From a phage, in NCBI GenBank assembly GCA_024614665.1, contig GCA_024614665.1_4861.1: 64,000 nt of DNA; one strand, written 5' to 3'. The notes below the pieces were generated by a model that was not told where the DNA came from, searched no databases, and saw only the letters and a program-made list of their open reading frames with translations. Both the position numbers and the translations under genes were made by a program. Shown here one piece after another: positions 30,838 through 38,778 of this stretch (its first letter is position 1; the number at the start of each line of letters is the position of its first letter).

Positions 30838-31492
30838 CGATCCCTACGATTGGCTGCGTTTGAGCTGGGGCTTGCACCGAAGTCTCTGCAGCTGTCGCCG
30901 TGTTTTTACCGCCGGTAATTTTATCGACGTATTCAACCAACCCTTCCGGATATGGCAATTGACCACCCACACCGTAGCGTCGGAAAATCCAGTTCAGCAA
31001 GTCAATAATGTACTTCGCACGAACTGAATTTTCAGCCAGAGACATATTTTCGATCCCGGTTAAGGTGTAATCGATCATCTTGTACATCTGGGTTTCACCG
31101 ACGGTTGCAATCACATCAACCTGACGACGGATGTACTCAGTCTCATCAGAGAGGGAAGGTTCGCCGTCAACGGTGATTAACGAGCGGCCGGTGTTCAGCA
31201 GAGCGGGGATGGTAAATAGCAGTTTGCTATTATCAGCATCGTCCACAATCTGTAGGGGTACAAATGGACTTCCTACGTAAGCCGTCCAGGTCTCTTCGTT
31301 AAAAGTACCATCAAGCATCCCGGACAACAGTGGTAAGCCCTGACGTCGGAACTGTGCTTCGGTGAAGACGCTACAGACGTTCTGGCTTTCCGCCAAATCC
31401 TTTTCAATCTCTTTGAGTTTGTTATACTCAAAGCGCATCTGCTCATTCATCTGACTTAACGGTACACCGTTAAATGTAGGTTCCTGGCTCAT
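30818..31492 (-). CDS. hypothetical protein
   Basis: 224-aa ORF in operon. Confidence 0.7.
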   Translation of the reverse strand: MSQEPTFNGVPLSQMNEQMRFEYNKLKEIEKDLAESQNVCSVFTEAQFRRQGLPLLSGMLDGTFNEETWTAYVGSPFVPLQIVDDADNSKLLFTIPALLNTGRSLITVDGEPSLSDETEYIRRQVDVIATVGETQMYKMIDYTLTGIENMSLAENSVRAKYIIDLLNWIFRRYGVGGQLPYPEGLVEYVDKITGGKNTATAAETSVQAPAQTQPIVGIGDGEDY

Positions 31493-31938
31493 TACATATC
31501 CTCAATCGCACTCGACTCGGTATCCACGTACCGCTCAACATCGTACCATTCACCGTCTGCAACTTCTTGCACACGGACACTAATGAAGATGCGGTAGCGC
31601 ACATCTGAATCTTTTAAAAACTCCCAGCTGGTTTCAACTTCAACGCCAGCAGGAAATACGTTCCCGTAGAGGTTCTCCAAATCCATTTTAATCTGGGCAA
31701 CCATCCCGTCGGGATCTTGTGCAAACACAGCTTGCGTATACGCAAGTGATTTAATGTTCCCACGATAAACTACCGATTGGCTATAGCCTGATTCGGTATA
31801 ATGGTTCATCAGCTCACGCGCCTTTTCCTGGGGTGTACGTGCCCAGCCACGTGTGGATAAAGTTCCTACCGCAATCATGTTAGCTCCTGTCAAATTCAAG
31901 GACGGAAATGTAATATTTGCCCGGTCGATAGTCCGCAT
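31492..31938 (-). CDS. hypothetical protein
   Basis: ORF in operon; true start may be internal ATG near 31878. Confidence 0.6.
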   Translation of the reverse strand: MRTIDRANITFPSLNLTGANMIAVGTLSTRGWARTPQEKARELMNHYTESGYSQSVVYRGNIKSLAYTQAVFAQDPDGMVAQIKMDLENLYGNVFPAGVEVETSWEFLKDSDVRYRIFISVRVQEVADGEWYDVERYVDTESSAIEDM

Positions 31939-32305
31939 ACTTAACGGTGTCGACTTGATGGTAAACTTTTACACCCCGAAATGTTAACCAATGATATTTG
32001 ATACTCAGCTTACGGCTAGCGATATACTCTTCGTCTAACCGCCAGGCTTGTTCAGGAGGCACATCTAATCCAACGAGCAGATCCTTCTCATCTATCTCGA
32101 GATACGCACCGTAATCACCAACCACCACACGGTTCCAACGTAGGCACACAGACACGCCACCTATTGTAGCAGTCCTTACCTTATCGAACCCGTTTAAGTG
32201 TTGCTGATAAACTGACAAAGCTTCTTCACGCACTTTCTTGGGCAATGGTCGGTATCGATACCGTGCTGCCAAGCCCTCGATATACGCCAATATAGGATGC
32301 TGCAT
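31880..32305 (-). CDS. hypothetical protein
   Basis: 141-aa ORF downstream of terminator hairpin. Confidence 0.65.
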   Translation of the reverse strand: MQHPILAYIEGLAARYRYRPLPKKVREEALSVYQQHLNGFDKVRTATIGGVSVCLRWNRVVVGDYGAYLEIDEKDLLVGLDVPPEQAWRLDEEYIASRKLSIKYHWLTFRGVKVYHQVDTVKYADYRPGKYYISVLEFDRS

Positions 32306-32320
32306 ACAGCCCCCAGTGAA

Positions 32321-32352
32321 GAAAAAAAGAGGGGCCGAAGCCCCGTCTTTTT
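32321..32352 (-). terminator. intrinsic terminator
   Basis: Hairpin GGGGC-CGAA-GCCCC with A/T-run flanks. Confidence 0.65.
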
Positions 32353-32932
32353 AACACGTCGCGCCAAGTTCCGAACAGGGATCACCATCTTCCCAGTCGA
32401 AAGCTGACATGCGTGCCCAGTTAAGTTGAATATCCACTTTATCGATTCGACTCAGTCGTACTGCACGATCTTCATTGGTAGCCCATTGCCAAATCTTATC
32501 TTCATCGTACTTCGTCGAAATGCCCGATGTTGCTTCGCGGAAGTGGTCATCGGTACGCATATACGCATTCCCTTTGAACACATCCAACCGCGAAAAGCCG
32601 TTCTCATAACCAGTCGCCATACCGTCATTATACAACTTACGATATTCCGGCATGGCAACGAGGAATGGCTGTAAAGCAGCATTGGCGAACTGGAATTCAC
32701 CCAACTCTTCGATCTGTCTTACCATCTCCACCGCATCGCTATAACGTAATTTACGTGCGGTACTGAATGTTTCACGGAAACGCTCCAGTGAGATTAAGTC
32801 CTGACAATGTTCTTTTACACGGTCAACGAGATCGGGTGCCAGGCTAGACAGCGAAAACGATTCTTTGAATACGCTGAGTGCCCCGCTACCTTCGGTCTGT
32901 TTCGTCCACACCGTGCTACCTTGTAGCCACAT
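32351..32932 (-). CDS. hypothetical protein
   Basis: 193-aa ORF followed by CGAA-tetraloop terminator. Confidence 0.7.
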   Translation of the reverse strand: MWLQGSTVWTKQTEGSGALSVFKESFSLSSLAPDLVDRVKEHCQDLISLERFRETFSTARKLRYSDAVEMVRQIEELGEFQFANAALQPFLVAMPEYRKLYNDGMATGYENGFSRLDVFKGNAYMRTDDHFREATSGISTKYDEDKIWQWATNEDRAVRLSRIDKVDIQLNWARMSAFDWEDGDPCSELGATC

Positions 32933-32945
32933 TACAATACTCCTA

Positions 32946-33185
32946 TTAGCCCATCACCGCTTCCAACGGAATGCCTTCTTCATCGTCCTCATCTGCCTCA
33001 ATAAGGAACTGGTTCTGCATACTGATTAGCTCGTTATGTAAAACCATGCCGTGTTCTACGCGGTCCACATCAGTAGAAGACATAAAGCCGTTATCTGGAC
33101 GGAATTGGAGCGCCAACTTCATCTCAGTTTCATCGACTGGCAAACGTACCTGGAACTGGTCACCATCGAAATCCTGTTTGTCCAC
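32946..33185 (-). CDS. RNA polymerase beta-prime N-terminal-like subunit, putative exon 2 (DFDGD catalytic loop)
   Basis: Encodes VDKQDFDGDQFQV resembling NADFDGDQMAV; no SD before the GTG; in-frame stop upstream at 33216-33218; exon boundary inferred. Confidence 0.55.
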   Translation of the reverse strand: MDKQDFDGDQFQVRLPVDETEMKLALQFRPDNGFMSSTDVDRVEHGMVLHNELISMQNQFLIEADEDDEEGIPLEAVMG

Positions 33186-33394
33186 CGTACACCGTTTCCG
33201 TATACAGCAGGTGTGCTAAGACACCCTCCTTATCTCTCGACAAGGCACAGACTATATCTTCACCATAGCTTACGCCTTAGGTGTTCTCCCACTTCGAAGT
33301 CCACTAGGACCCCTACTCGCATTTCAGCGATAGTCGTTGAACATTCCTCTCACGAGGCTTCGCTGCTGATTACCCATTATCACAACCCTTAGCA
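33186..33394 (-). other. putative intron in beta-prime-like gene (boundaries uncertain, may span about 33200-33600)
   Basis: ORF-free gap between beta-prime N-terminal homology and the DFDGD segment; no ORF inside. Confidence 0.45.
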
Positions 33395-34897
33395 CTATTG
33401 TTTAGCATAGGTCATCGTATCTGTTGTTTCAGACTTTCGTCCCCATTTCTGGTAGATACGCTTTAGGGTTTCCCAGCAATTCAGGAGAATACACATCGGA
33501 GGTTTCCCGTCCGATGGGGCTCTTTTCGAACCGTTAGCCATCTTTATCACACGGTCAGAGATACGCAGCGAACACTGGTTAACATCGGTAACAACTTCGT
33601 CGATGAACAGCGTCTGAATAGACAACTGTACCAGCGTTGGGTTACGTAGCGGTATAACCATGATCCCAAGACCGCCTGGGGATTCACGAATCAGTTCTTT
33701 AAAGATTTCGTCTACAAGCGGGTCATACTGCATTGCCGCTTTTGCGACGATACGTTCACACTGCCGCGACGAATAACCCCGGCGTAGCAGTTTGTTCTCG
33801 ATGTGGGTCGACATCAACCCAACCATCCAACGCCATGGTGCTTTTAACTTCCAGGCATCGTGTGGTTCTGAGATAGGTGAGATGGTTGCACGACCACCGA
33901 ACGGAATATGGGTGGAACCCAATTTCGCACGATAGTCACCCGGTTTACCTTCCATAGACTCACGACGGAAGTCCATGTGGAAGTACGTTAACTGACGGTT
34001 CGCTTTCAAAGCGCGACTAATCAGAAAACGCGGTTCGATCGCTTTACGCCGCGTATAAAGTAACGCGATATTTTTCACCGCATCAATAGCACCCGTGAAC
34101 ACTGGGTCTACCATGACACCACGACGACCTTCCTCAGTAACGATAAGTTTAGAGGAGATTAGCGGTAAGTGTCTTGGGAAGAATGCATGGCGTTGCGTTT
34201 CGAATAGCTCCTTCCATTGTAAACGTAAGCGTTCGCCTTCAGCGGCGTTATGCCGATTAGGTGCGAAGATTTCCTTCCAGGCTTCTGGCGTGGTAAGGAT
34301 GTTAAAGATACTAACGTGGTTATCAACCAGATTGCGCAAGCCACGAACGAAACCATGTTCTTCCAATACACGTTTCACAGCATGTGCGCGTTTACCGTCT
34401 GGTTCTTCTATAAGGTAATACGGGTCAATCATCCACATCATCAAGTCATTACCGCGTTCGATAGTGACCTTGTTACGTTCAAACTTCTTCAACTTGCTAT
34501 TAAAGAAAGCATTGAACATTGCCCAGAATCGTGGGTTGACGAAGTTACCCATTTCATCAGGTGCACGTAACCATACATCGGATTCAATTCGATGTTCAGT
34601 TACAACATAGCCACACGTCGGACACTTACAACCGAGATTGTAACGATGCGCGATCGGTGCCGGACAATCCAAACTACAAATCGGTGCAGAGTTCAGTTCT
34701 TCGTCAACGATTCTGTTCTGTACCATGCGATCGATAAGTTCAGCAACCTCGATCGCATCCCCGTTAACAGCGACATCGTTAATAATAGTGGGTGGTTTAA
34801 TACCTTTGGCAGCAGCTTCTATTTGCAAATCGGACAAATAGTTATCCTGACTAACCAACCGGCCGGATATTCCGTAGAATTTTGGTACCTTTCTCAC
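33395..34897 (-). CDS. RNA polymerase beta-prime N-terminal-like subunit, putative exon 1
   Basis: Zn-finger-like CSLDCP...CKCPTC; LRNPTLVQLSIQTLF resembling RpoC NRQPTLHRMSIMAF; catalytic DFDGD absent from this ORF. Confidence 0.65.
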   Translation of the reverse strand: MRKVPKFYGISGRLVSQDNYLSDLQIEAAAKGIKPPTIINDVAVNGDAIEVAELIDRMVQNRIVDEELNSAPICSLDCPAPIAHRYNLGCKCPTCGYVVTEHRIESDVWLRAPDEMGNFVNPRFWAMFNAFFNSKLKKFERNKVTIERGNDLMMWMIDPYYLIEEPDGKRAHAVKRVLEEHGFVRGLRNLVDNHVSIFNILTTPEAWKEIFAPNRHNAAEGERLRLQWKELFETQRHAFFPRHLPLISSKLIVTEEGRRGVMVDPVFTGAIDAVKNIALLYTRRKAIEPRFLISRALKANRQLTYFHMDFRRESMEGKPGDYRAKLGSTHIPFGGRATISPISEPHDAWKLKAPWRWMVGLMSTHIENKLLRRGYSSRQCERIVAKAAMQYDPLVDEIFKELIRESPGGLGIMVIPLRNPTLVQLSIQTLFIDEVVTDVNQCSLRISDRVIKMANGSKRAPSDGKPPMCILLNCWETLKRIYQKWGRKSETTDTMTYAKQ

Positions 34898-34911
34898 TCT
34901 GTCAACCTCAA

Positions 34912-34950
34912 CAAAAAAAGAGGGAAGGACGGAGGCGTTAGCCCCCGTCC
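34912..34950 (-). terminator. intrinsic terminator after the 617-aa protein gene
   Basis: Hairpin GGACGG-loop-CCGTCC followed on minus strand by T-run. Confidence 0.6.
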
Positions 34951-34979
34951 GTTTCCTAACTACTCAGTAACCGATTCGA

Positions 34980-36833
34980 TTACAGTTTGAAGTTGCTCAG
35001 AGACACGCCCAGACCGAAATCGGAACCGCTTGCAGACAGGCCGTTGCCAGACAGCGTGAAGTCTTCCCCACCGTTGTTGAAGAACAGAGAGGTCGCCATC
35101 GTGTTGTAGGCATTTACACCAGTCATAGACCAGGTGCAGTTGTTACGGACGAAGTCCAGCAGGCATTTACCGAAGATCGGGTTGATAGCCATATCCAGAG
35201 ATTCACCGGTAGCTTGCGGTGCTTTGGATGCGAACAGAGAAGCGGCCAGTTTCAGCATGTAGATACGCTGCTGACGCTCGTTCAGTTCACGGTGGCTGTA
35301 GGACTGTGCGTTCAGGTAGCTATAGACGTCGTTCGCGTTATCACCCAGTTTGGTAACAACGGAAATCAGGTCCATATCCTGGAAGCTGCGTTTCTGTGCA
35401 GTACCGGTGTAAACACCGGAAACAGTCGGTACGGCTGCTTTCACGATGTGGCTGCAATGGATGGTACCATTGAAGGCATCGCCCAGCTGTGCTTTCAGTG
35501 CAGAAGCAAATACTGCAGTGAAGCTGGTCGCTGCAACAACTTCGCCGTTCTGATCACGCGGGGACATGGAATTCAGAATAGCGAGCAGCTGTTTCAGAGA
35601 GTTGTCGTAACCGACCGCAATTTCAGACAGCATAGTAGACAGACCACCCAGGCCGTTACCGGCACGATGGCTAACTACCAGTGCTGCTTCACGCGGTGCG
35701 AACATATCCAGGCAACCTTCGATAGCTTCACGGCTACCGTCGATTTTGGATACATCAGGACGAGCGTCAGCACCCCAGGACAGGTATTCTGCCACACGGG
35801 AGAACTTGCGATCTTGTTTGTTCAGGCGTTTCACAAACAGGTCACGCCAGCCACCGATTGCCGCGATTTCTGCAAATGCAGCCAGCAGCAGCAGTTGACG
35901 TTCATACGGTGCCATTGCACCTTCAGTTTGAGAATCGACCAGACTTACTACGATTTCAGCCTGCAGCTGTTTCAGGTCGTAGACGCCGTTAACGACAGGT
36001 TTCTGACCGGTGAAACGCATATTGACGAAACCGGTACCGGATACACGCGGATACACCTGTACCTGATTGGTGTCCAGCAGAGTCGGAGTGGCATCGGTTA
36101 CGTTGCTTGGGCTGTGCTCAACGGTGATTGCGAAATCAGCACGCTGTGCGTGGCCGTTAGCATCCACAACCGCGCCATCTTCCAGCGGCATTACTGAGGC
36201 CTGATAACGGTCATGCTTACGCAGGTTCAGTGTACCCAGGTAGCCTGCGATACGACCGAAGATACCCATCATCATCTGACCCATCAGGGTACGTGCCCAC
36301 TCAGCATCCAGAACTTTACCCAGGTCTGGTACGGAGTTGATGATCATGAAGTTCGCATTGGTCAGACCATGCGCTTCCATGATGTTTTTCTGTACTACTG
36401 CCAGCACGTCTTTGTTGAACAGTTCAGTGATGGTGTAGTAGTCTTCCTGGCCGTTGTTGGTAGTTTCTTTCAGACGCAGAGACTGACCGCGTTCAAAGAA
36501 GATGATACCGTACAGCCAGTGGCCCTGCCATTGGCCTGCGACGTACGCCGCGGAACCCATTTCGTTACCCACGCCGACGATGGTGCCCCAGCGGAATGCG
36601 TTGAGGTATTCGTTGCTTTTCTTCAGCTCATCCAGGAGGTTGGTGAAGTGCATTGCATAAGTGCTGATGTTGCGGATGCCAAATGCGTTATCGAATTGGC
36701 TGACAGTAGAAGTACCCGGCACAGCAGTTTGCACTTTTACAGTCTCGTTGCCCAGACCGCCCAGTGGTGCGGTGTCTTGAGTCTGAGTGTTGTTCTGCTG
36801 AGCGTTGTTGTTAGAGTCAACGATTTTTACCAT
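34980..36833 (-). CDS. abundant 617-aa protein (major capsid protein or nuclear-shell protein candidate)
   Basis: Strong highly-expressed-type codon bias, AAGGAA SD, motif upstream, terminator downstream. Confidence 0.75.
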   Translation of the reverse strand: MVKIVDSNNNAQQNNTQTQDTAPLGGLGNETVKVQTAVPGTSTVSQFDNAFGIRNISTYAMHFTNLLDELKKSNEYLNAFRWGTIVGVGNEMGSAAYVAGQWQGHWLYGIIFFERGQSLRLKETTNNGQEDYYTITELFNKDVLAVVQKNIMEAHGLTNANFMIINSVPDLGKVLDAEWARTLMGQMMMGIFGRIAGYLGTLNLRKHDRYQASVMPLEDGAVVDANGHAQRADFAITVEHSPSNVTDATPTLLDTNQVQVYPRVSGTGFVNMRFTGQKPVVNGVYDLKQLQAEIVVSLVDSQTEGAMAPYERQLLLLAAFAEIAAIGGWRDLFVKRLNKQDRKFSRVAEYLSWGADARPDVSKIDGSREAIEGCLDMFAPREAALVVSHRAGNGLGGLSTMLSEIAVGYDNSLKQLLAILNSMSPRDQNGEVVAATSFTAVFASALKAQLGDAFNGTIHCSHIVKAAVPTVSGVYTGTAQKRSFQDMDLISVVTKLGDNANDVYSYLNAQSYSHRELNERQQRIYMLKLAASLFASKAPQATGESLDMAINPIFGKCLLDFVRNNCTWSMTGVNAYNTMATSLFFNNGGEDFTLSGNGLSASGSDFGLGVSLSNFKL

Positions 36834-36870
36834 TTTAAATATTCCTTAATAGTGATTGCAATCATAGTTC

Positions 36871-36885
36871 GGTTCGCAGAGATAA
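36871..36885. promoter_or_regulatory. palindromic motif AGATAATATCTGCCT
   Basis: 38 bp upstream of start of the abundant 617-aa protein gene. Confidence 0.5.
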
Positions 36886-36972
36886 TATCTGCCTGTAATT
36901 TCATGGAATGCAAGTATGCCGTCGCTTACTTACAAGGCACATAGTCCAGACATTTCTCAGGAACTGTCACAT

Positions 36973-36987
36973 AGATAATATCAATCT
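36973..36987. promoter_or_regulatory. palindromic motif AGATAATATCAATCT
   Basis: 53 bp upstream of plus-strand start 37040. Confidence 0.5.
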
Positions 36988-37039
36988 GAGATATTTTTGA
37001 CTGTGACTGACTTCCTATGTGGAATCTAAGGAGTCTGCC

Positions 37040-38107
37040 ATGTTCAGCCAAGCCGAGTTAAACCAAGTGGCCATAAAGGGTCACAGCACGGACCCCTCCG
37101 CTATAACATTAGCGGCTCACGTAAAAAACAACAGCCAGCGTATACGCAACTACTTCGAACAGCTTAATCGCAGTGCTGGTAATGGCCATTTGTTGCAACA
37201 GGTGTTGTCTGCCATCGGCTATGCCGGTGAACCAGAGTACGAAGACATCGAATGGGCTTGCCGTCGCAAGCTTGTTCAGATCGGTAACGCCTTACGCTTG
37301 ACGTCTGTTGGTGAGTACGGTCAAATCTTTAATAGCAAGTTTATCCAGGGCCAAGATGAGGTAATCTCTCTCGTAGCCCGCCCAGTAAATCCAGACCTTT
37401 CGTTCCGCGACTACACCCCCGCCCGTTACCTCTACCATGAGTATACCAACCTCAATTGGAAGTTCGGTGACGGACGGCCCCGAGGTGTTACGGTGATCGA
37501 AATCAACCTGGTTGCTTTGCTTTGGCAATATGTCAAAGGCCAGCAGCACTACAGTCGCGGTACCGAACCTATTGCCACACCTGTGTATCTCCAACGACAT
37601 GTGATCTCTCGCATGTTGCCGAGCTACATGGATATCGCCTTTGTAAATATACATCGTGCGATAGCCTTCGGGAAAGAGATTGAACCGGATGAAACATTAC
37701 GTGTCATTCCTGTTCCGCCGCTTCAAGCTTTAGCTGTGAAGCACGCAAAAGGCATCCGTAGTAAACTACTGGCTGCCAACCCGTTACCGGGACAAGTCTT
37801 AAACAACATCCCATTGTTCTTCCAACACCCTGATGAAGAAGGCCACACTGCACTGGAACTGATTGTCTTTCGAGAACCAGGTCAAACACTGCAGAACACC
37901 TGGCACCAGAACATGGTGAACTGGTACTGGGCACTGTTTTGTCTTCAATACAACCAGGGGAATATGGAGAAACACAAACGTACGATGTTGGTTGATTTGG
38001 CGCGTTATGTGGACTCTAAAGTCCTCACACGTTTGACCAAATCCTTCTATAACTTCATCCAACGCGATTTGATTATCCCGTTGATGACAGAGCTAGAAGA
38101 AAAATAA
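37040..38107 (+). CDS. hypothetical protein
   Basis: Start set at ATG 37040 with AAGGAG SD; motif upstream; terminator downstream. Confidence 0.7.
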   Translation: MFSQAELNQVAIKGHSTDPSAITLAAHVKNNSQRIRNYFEQLNRSAGNGHLLQQVLSAIGYAGEPEYEDIEWACRRKLVQIGNALRLTSVGEYGQIFNSKFIQGQDEVISLVARPVNPDLSFRDYTPARYLYHEYTNLNWKFGDGRPRGVTVIEINLVALLWQYVKGQQHYSRGTEPIATPVYLQRHVISRMLPSYMDIAFVNIHRAIAFGKEIEPDETLRVIPVPPLQALAVKHAKGIRSKLLAANPLPGQVLNNIPLFFQHPDEEGHTALELIVFREPGQTLQNTWHQNMVNWYWALFCLQYNQGNMEKHKRTMLVDLARYVDSKVLTRLTKSFYNFIQRDLIIPLMTELEEK

Positions 38108-38160
38108 GACTTACTCTCTCCTCGCGAACACTCTTTCGAGTATTCATACTATATACAAAA

Positions 38161-38198
38161 ACTACACACTTCGGTGTGTAGTTCTTTTTTTTATTTTT
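38161..38198 (+). terminator. intrinsic terminator
   Basis: Hairpin ACTACACAC-TTCG-GTGTGTAGT followed by T-run. Confidence 0.7.
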
Positions 38199-38208
38199 TG
38201 TCTGTCTA

Positions 38209-38406
38209 TTATTTTATCGTCTCCGTAAAATCACTTGCGTATGGTTTACCCCACACAGTGATTTTACGTTTCCGTTTGGCATCCAATGCCGTGATATGCA
38301 CCGTTTCGCCTGCCTGATGTAACTCAATATCCACGCAACCCCGTTCTTCGAGGTCGCGACGGATTGCGGTTATCATCTCTGTGGACTTCCCGCTATTTCG
38401 ATACAT
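38209..38406 (-). CDS. hypothetical small protein
   Basis: 65-aa ORF. Confidence 0.35.
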   Translation of the reverse strand: MYRNSGKSTEMITAIRRDLEERGCVDIELHQAGETVHITALDAKRKRKITVWGKPYASDFTETIK

Positions 38407-38674
38407 ACCCTTCCACCCGCACGTTTAAACCACCTATTGCTGCAAACCAACCGTCGAGAGGATTGTCAAATTGCTTGTCAATAGACACAACCGGTTTCAT
38501 GGTTTTCCAACGATCATCGCGTGGCGACACCGAACCTTCACACGATGCCAGTGTTTGAAACTGCGTTGGCAAAGACAACACATGCTGCCGTACCAGGTTA
38601 GGCTGGCTGTGCAAATAGAGCTGTCGCCAGCCCCAGTTATTTGCTTTACTGTTTCGTTTCGACACAATGTTCAT
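38393..38674 (-). CDS. hypothetical small protein
   Basis: 93-aa ORF. Confidence 0.35.
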   Translation of the reverse strand: MNIVSKRNSKANNWGWRQLYLHSQPNLVRQHVLSLPTQFQTLASCEGSVSPRDDRWKTMKPVVSIDKQFDNPLDGWFAAIGGLNVRVEGYVSK

Positions 38675-38778
38675 CCTTTAGATAAGATAACCAAAGATTG
38701 AGTAGCGCCGTCGGTACCGGTGCTGGGTCCACCCACGTAACGGTTATTGTTTGTGGTACACACGATCGTGACTTATTC

